Assembly (NCBI GenBank): GCA_964220215.1
Contig: CAXPTH010000018.1
Location: forward strand, 1-22,021
Reading direction: 5' to 3'
From: Alteromonas sp.
GTDB lineage: Bacteria; Margulisbacteria; Marinamargulisbacteria; UBA6595
DNA length: 22,021 nucleotides
Both the position numbers and the translations under genes were made by a program. This document shows positions 17,801 to 22,021 of this stretch, one piece after another. How positions within the stretch are numbered: the first letter of the stretch is position 1; every line of letters begins with the position of its first letter. The notes under the pieces were generated by a model. It did no database searches and was not told where the DNA came from. It saw only the letters and a program-made list of their open reading frames with translations.

Positions 17801-19084
17801 CTATAGAGGTTTCGATCGATAACCACGTTGCTTTCTTCCCAAAAAGTTCTTAGATTTATTACTTTTTTTCTTTTTCTTAAATGCAAATCTTCGGTCCAAA
17901 CTAGACTCTGGCAATTCAAGCGCTGGAACAAAATTCTCTATGATCTGTCGGGGCAGTATCTGTTTAATAAGCCGTTCTATAGGGATTAACAATTCAAACT
18001 CCTCCGCACAGACTAATGAAATTGAGTTTCCCACAGCACCTGCTCGGCCTGTTCTGCCAATACGATGTACGTAATCTTCTGGTACGTTTGGCAAATCGAT
18101 GTTTACTACCTGTGGAAGCTGATTAATATCTAAGCCTCTTGCTGCAATATCTGTCGCCACCAAGATCGCAACGTGACCTTGCTTAAAGGCTGCCAATGCC
18201 TTTGTTCGTGCGCTTTGACTCTTATTACCATGAATGGCAACTGTACGGATGTTATTTTTTTGCAAATAACGGGTTAATTTATCGGCACCATGTTTCGTAC
18301 GGCAGAACACTAAGGCCTGTGTCCACTTATGTTTAGTGATAAGATGCTTAAGCAATTCGGGTTTTCTTTTTTTATCGACGGGATACACACTCTGTTCAAT
18401 AGCTTGAACAGTTGAATTTCGAGGTGTCACCGAAATTTCAATAGGGGCTTTTACCAGTCCTTGGGCAAGTCGTCGTATATCGTCTGAAAACGTGGCTGAA
18501 AACATAAGTGTCTGGCGTTGTTTAGGCAATAAGGATATTATTTTTCGAATATCTTTGATAAAACCCATATCTAACATGCAATCTGCTTCATCCAATACGA
18601 GCACTTCTAAGTTGGCAAACGTAATCGTTTTTTGCTGATACAGATCTAATAACCGTCCAGGAGTGGCTACTAATATATCTACACCTCTGGATACTTTTCT
18701 CTTCTGTGGATTAATATTCACACCACCAAATACAACCTCTATATTCAAAAACAAATGCTCAGCATACGATACAGCATTAGCCCCTACTTGAGCCGCTAGT
18801 TCACGTGTTGGTGTTAACACGAGCACTTTCACTTGCTTTTCTTGTGCACGAGCCCCCTTCGTAAGTCTATGCAAAATGGGCAACATAAATCCAGCGGTCT
18901 TCCCCGTACCTGTTTGGGCAGCTCCCATAACATCATTTCCTGCTAAAATTGGGGGGATAGCTTTGGCTTGAATAGGGGTAGGGCATACATAACCTTGGGC
19001 AATAACCGCTTCAAGAATTGCGTCATCTAAACCAAAGTCTGTAAAGTTCACTGGGGCATCATTCTGTAGTGTCTCGTTCATCAT
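17801..19084 (-). CDS. rhlE: DEAD-box RNA helicase, RhlE-like
   Basis: Q motif PTPIQ, AQTGTGKT, PTRELA, GG, TPGRL, DEAD, SAT, HGNKSQ..R..AL..FK, ARGLD, HRIGRTGRAG and a basic tail. GAGGT SD at 19095-19099 supports ATG 19084 over the track TTG 19117. Confidence 0.92.
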   Translation of the reverse strand: MMNETLQNDAPVNFTDFGLDDAILEAVIAQGYVCPTPIQAKAIPPILAGNDVMGAAQTGTGKTAGFMLPILHRLTKGARAQEKQVKVLVLTPTRELAAQVGANAVSYAEHLFLNIEVVFGGVNINPQKRKVSRGVDILVATPGRLLDLYQQKTITFANLEVLVLDEADCMLDMGFIKDIRKIISLLPKQRQTLMFSATFSDDIRRLAQGLVKAPIEISVTPRNSTVQAIEQSVYPVDKKRKPELLKHLITKHKWTQALVFCRTKHGADKLTRYLQKNNIRTVAIHGNKSQSARTKALAAFKQGHVAILVATDIAARGLDINQLPQVVNIDLPNVPEDYVHRIGRTGRAGAVGNSISLVCAEEFELLIPIERLIKQILPRQIIENFVPALELPESSLDRRFAFKKKKKSNKSKNFLGRKQRGYRSKPL

Positions 19085-19109
19085 TTTATCAATAACCTCT
19101 TCATTGCAT

Positions 19110-21023
19110 TTACTCAATTAAAATATTGCCATCTGGCGTCTCTTTTTTTAGACGAATCAGTATGGCCTTTCCAGCCTCTTCTCGATCATCAAAATGGATG
19201 GTTTTAGATTTTAAAATTTGATAATCTTCATGTCCTTTTCCAGCAATAACAACAACATCGTTGTCTTTCGCTTTATCAATAATAAACGCGATTGCCTCTT
19301 TTCTTTTATGTATTAATTTGTATTCTCTAAAATCGGGGTTAACGCCATCTAAAATATTTCTCATAATACCCTGATTATCTTCACCTCGAGGGTTATCGTC
19401 CGTAATTACCATTAAATCAGCTATTTCACAGGCAATCTTACCCATTTTAGGCCGTTTGCCTCGGTCTCTGTCGCCGCCACACCCAAATAAGACTAAAAGT
19501 CTCCCTTTACGTTTGTCAGCAATTTTTTTAACGGTGCTCAATACATTTTTTAAGGCATCTGGGGTATGAGCATAATCCACAAGCACCATGTACAGTTGGC
19601 CTTTTTCTACACGTTCTAGCCTGCCGCTTGGTGCTTTACACGACGATAGGGTAGTTTCTATGATTTTTTCAGGGACATTCATATGCCTGAGTGCACATGC
19701 CGCTGCTTTAATATTCAAAAGATTATACTCACCTAATAATAATGTTGAAAAATAGATGGGTTCTTTTTTGAAACTTTCTGGATAAATTTTATATCCATCT
19801 CCTTCATGCATAAAACTCAATTTGGTTTTTTGATAGTTTTCAAATGTTTTGTGATAGTCTAAATGATCCTGTGTAATATTGGTAAGCAATTTAATATTAA
19901 AATCAATGCCCAAAACACGCAATTGATCGATGCCCTCGGACGTTACTTCCATAATAAAATGTGTCCCGCCTTTATCTAGGTGAAGCCGCATTAACCTTAA
20001 TGTTTCTATGGACTCTGGTGTCGACAGGTCTTTATTGCCTGAATTTAGAGTCCCTAATACAAATGGGTTGTTTCCTGCTGCTTTTAGCACTTCTCCTATT
20101 AAGTAAGTAACAGTTGTTTTTCCGTTTGTCCCAGTCACACCAATAACACAGAGTTCTTTAGAGGGGTTCCCATAGTGGTTGTGTGCATAGTTAGCCAGTT
20201 CTGTGGGATTCATTGTCTTTATCAATTCAGATTCTTTTTTGCAACTTTCCAGCGACAACCCCTCAATATCAAGTGCTGACTCAATAGATTTTTTATAATA
20301 TAGGTCTAAGTCTTCTGCTGTTGAATAGGCTGTTTTCATACCAGGAAATTCAAACATCAGTGAGGTCTTTTGCATGAATTTCATAAGATGCCCAAATACA
20401 CGATTCACCCATTCACGATCTGCCTTTGTACAAAGCCCATCTAGTTCCAATAAATTTAGAGGCGAGTGTGTAACTACAAAATGGCTTGGGTCATGCGTTG
20501 CAATAAGGCCAACTAGAAACTCCATTTCTGGCTCGGCTTGAAAATCAGGTCGACACGTTTTTATAGAGGGGCTATAAAAACAACGATTTAAATCAACCCC
20601 ATTCTTTTTTATTCTCGTCGGCATAAAGTGTTCTTCACCTGTGCCTAAAAAACAATCCGGATTTAACAACGGGATTACGATGATTCGGTTTTTCATCTCA
20701 GAAGACGATTTCCCTCTTAAAAATTGTATTAAAAGTTTCCAAAGTGTGTATAAAGGTGCTATTTCATCGGGATGAATCCCCCCCAACAGCAAAACGCTTT
20801 TGAGTGAGGGTGAGTCCTCATGTGGCTCAAACACATAATACAGCAGTGGATTCCCATACTCTGAATAGGCATACCTTCCTTCTGCGTTACGATGGTGACA
20901 GGCTTTCAAAGCCAATTGATCAAGATCATGCTTGGTTGCCTTCAAGTTTAACCCTAGTTTTTTAAATTGATCGGCAACTTCACTTAAATAATCCTCAATA
21001 TTTTTCTTATTTTTTTCGGGCAT
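19110..21023 (-). CDS. murE: Fusion: M14 zinc carboxypeptidase (MpaA-like) + compact MurE (UDP-MurNAc-dipeptide:meso-DAP ligase)
   Basis: N-terminal GGIHPDE, IPLLNPD, NGVDLNR, AEPE, THSP, FEFPG. C-terminal YGNPS..L..IGVTGTNGKTT, MEVTS, TNITQDHLDYH, GRLE, VDYAHTPDAL, FGCGGDRD..KRP.MG, DNPR, AGKGHEDYQ, FDDRE. GGAGG SD at 21032-21036 supports ATG 21023. Confidence 0.85.
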   Translation of the reverse strand: MPEKNKKNIEDYLSEVADQFKKLGLNLKATKHDLDQLALKACHHRNAEGRYAYSEYGNPLLYYVFEPHEDSPSLKSVLLLGGIHPDEIAPLYTLWKLLIQFLRGKSSSEMKNRIIVIPLLNPDCFLGTGEEHFMPTRIKKNGVDLNRCFYSPSIKTCRPDFQAEPEMEFLVGLIATHDPSHFVVTHSPLNLLELDGLCTKADREWVNRVFGHLMKFMQKTSLMFEFPGMKTAYSTAEDLDLYYKKSIESALDIEGLSLESCKKESELIKTMNPTELANYAHNHYGNPSKELCVIGVTGTNGKTTVTYLIGEVLKAAGNNPFVLGTLNSGNKDLSTPESIETLRLMRLHLDKGGTHFIMEVTSEGIDQLRVLGIDFNIKLLTNITQDHLDYHKTFENYQKTKLSFMHEGDGYKIYPESFKKEPIYFSTLLLGEYNLLNIKAAACALRHMNVPEKIIETTLSSCKAPSGRLERVEKGQLYMVLVDYAHTPDALKNVLSTVKKIADKRKGRLLVLFGCGGDRDRGKRPKMGKIACEIADLMVITDDNPRGEDNQGIMRNILDGVNPDFREYKLIHKRKEAIAFIIDKAKDNDVVVIAGKGHEDYQILKSKTIHFDDREEAGKAILIRLKKETPDGNILIE

Positions 21024-21255
21024 AATTCTTGCCTCCACTATGTTTTTGGGTATTGGTTTCTATTTTTATTGCTGTCTTACTTGTATCTTGAAACACTTCA
21101 TAGAACTCTGGAATACTAGGGCCACGCGTGGATGCCTCTGGAACAGCCTTATAGGGATGTGTCTCTGATAGCACATGTATATGGTTTGTCTCTCCAAAAA
21201 CGGGAGCAAGCATAGAGGCAATGGAAAGTGATATTATTAAGTTTATAGTTCTCAT
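21007..21255 (-). CDS. Small hypothetical exported protein (82 aa)
   Basis: GGAGGT SD, signal-peptide-like MRTINLIISLSIASMLAPVFG, and a 17-nt overlap with the start of the peptidase-MurE gene. Confidence 0.6.
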   Translation of the reverse strand: MRTINLIISLSIASMLAPVFGETNHIHVLSETHPYKAVPEASTRGPSIPEFYEVFQDTSKTAIKIETNTQKHSGGKNYARKK

Positions 21256-21366
21256 GCCACACCTCCAAGGAACACATGTTGTTATATTTTTGGAGGTAAA
21301 AAAATGTACTAGCTAGGGCACACGAGGACAGTTTGTATCTCTTTGAATACTTAAATTATAGATTTA

Positions 21367-21395
21367 ATTTTACTTCATATTCATGAATCAGTCAA
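21367..21395 (-). promoter_or_regulatory. Sigma70-type promoter for the 82-aa ORF / peptidase-MurE / helicase operon
   Basis: Minus strand TTGACT (21395-21390), 17-nt spacer, TAAAAT (21372-21367). The spacer contains the palindrome ATTCATGAAT (21379-21388). Confidence 0.6.
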
Positions 21396-21589
21396 ATTTC
21401 AGGCTAAACTAACTGCAGCACTCAGTTTGTCACTCCCCATTCAATAATTTCTAAACAGGTTACAGGGATACGCATATACTTCAATGTGGTAAATACGACT
21501 TCTATTAGGTTGCTTGTTTTTAGGAGGTTTTCTTTAATAGTTTTCTTAGTTATTGGTGCTCCTTTTTTATGTTAAATTTATGCTTTTCA

Positions 21590-21808
21590 TCATATAAGAA
21601 ATATTGAAAAATACGTATTGACAAGTTGGCTAGTTTTGCTGCTGGCCGATGGTTTTCTGGGCATAAAATTGAGTTTGCCCTCTAATATCAACTTGCGAAG
21701 GGATTCAACCTCAATCGGATCATAAATGCGATAGTTACTGATAGGGTGTCGTTTAGTTATAGTGTCCCATCGTCTTAAAGTTGCTGGATTTTTTCTAATT
21801 TTATAGAT
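21590..21808 (-). pseudogene. MerR-type helix-turn-helix remnant
   Basis: Startless frame reads IYKIRKNPATLRRWDTITKRHPISNYRIYDPIEVESLRKLILEG..., matching the MerR-like P.TLRRWD...RHP.(N)YR.Y pattern. Its 5' end runs into the repeat cluster. Confidence 0.6.
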
Positions 21809-22021
21809 ATCACCTAGGCCTAAATCCCTAAAGCCCCCTAAATCCCCCTAAAGCTCTAAAGCCCCTAAACCCCTAAATTCCTAAGGCCCCCTAAATCCCC
21901 CTAAAGGGGGACTTTGATGCGAAGGTCAATGAAATTGCCCAGGCCCCCTAAATCCCCCTAAAGGGGGACATTGATACGGATAATCTAAATAAAAAGGAAT
22001 TGGGTGTGACGTTTAGACAAC
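21804..22021. repeat. Right cluster of the same repeat family, with an expanded CnTAAA tandem lead-in; runs off the window
   Basis: 21886-21947 is identical to 16263-16324 (62 bp). 21938-22021 is a near-identical reverse complement of about 16402-16482. About 10 degenerate CnTAA(A/G) units lie at 21819-21905. Confidence 0.9.

Larger units (their letters stand above)
16212..22021. mobile_element. AT-rich accessory/decaying island downstream of tRNA-Gln (right boundary not established)
   Basis: GC drops (spot counts 15/60 at 19741 and 18/60 at 17641 versus 29/60 at 15001), the coding strand switches, pseudogenes are present, and related repeat clusters sit at both ends. No integrase or tRNA 3' duplication is seen in the window. 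Confidence 0.55.

Noticed and set aside
17099..17853. Plus-strand ORFs 17099-17440 and 17569-17853
   Set aside because: They are antisense to the YhcG remnant or the helicase end, or lie in AT-rich spacer, with no recognisable motifs or good SD.
18575..18595. DEADC instead of the usual DEADR in the helicase as a novel subfamily
   Set aside because: It is a single substitution outside the four core residues, with all other motifs canonical, so drift is as likely.
21819..21905. Plant-type telomere (CCCTAAA) or eukaryotic contamination
   Set aside because: Units are irregular, derive from the 5' module of the bacterial palindromic repeat, and are embedded in bacterial sequence on both sides.

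Overview
Bacterial chromosomal window with two compartments. (1) 1-16211, all on the + strand and G/T-rich (spot counts about 45-60% GC), is a housekeeping run: 3' end of trpE/pabB, trpG/pabA, an isochorismate synthase-like MST enzyme, a secreted Gln-rich protein, tRNA-Leu(CAA), an MsbA-like ABC exporter, recJ, ahcY, hemE, tRNA-Leu(TAG), pyrF and yebC. It ends with a translationally coupled pair, a 967-aa Ig-repeat surface protein with a T9SS type-A-like C-terminal sorting domain and a PorV-like barrel-Ig-SLH fusion, followed by tRNA-Gln(TTG). GGAGG Shine-Dalgarno sites and TTGACA-17-TAnnnT promoters argue against a Bacteroidota host, which makes the T9SS-like pair notable. (2) 16212-22021 is an AT-rich accessory block with minus-strand genes, bracketed by two related clusters of CnTAAATCnTAAAGn triplex/REP-like repeats. 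It holds a 168-bp inverted-repeat mini-element whose interior reads like a deleted DUF559 endonuclease gene, an internally deleted YhcG/DUF1016 pseudogene, an RhlE-like DEAD-box helicase, an in-frame fusion of an MpaA-like M14 zinc peptidase to a compact MurE ligase, a small secreted ORF and a MerR-HTH remnant. The best candidates for undescribed biology are the peptidase-MurE fusion, the CTD cargo/PorV-SLH pair and the DUF559-triplex-repeat element. All family calls come from motif recognition by eye; no searches were run.
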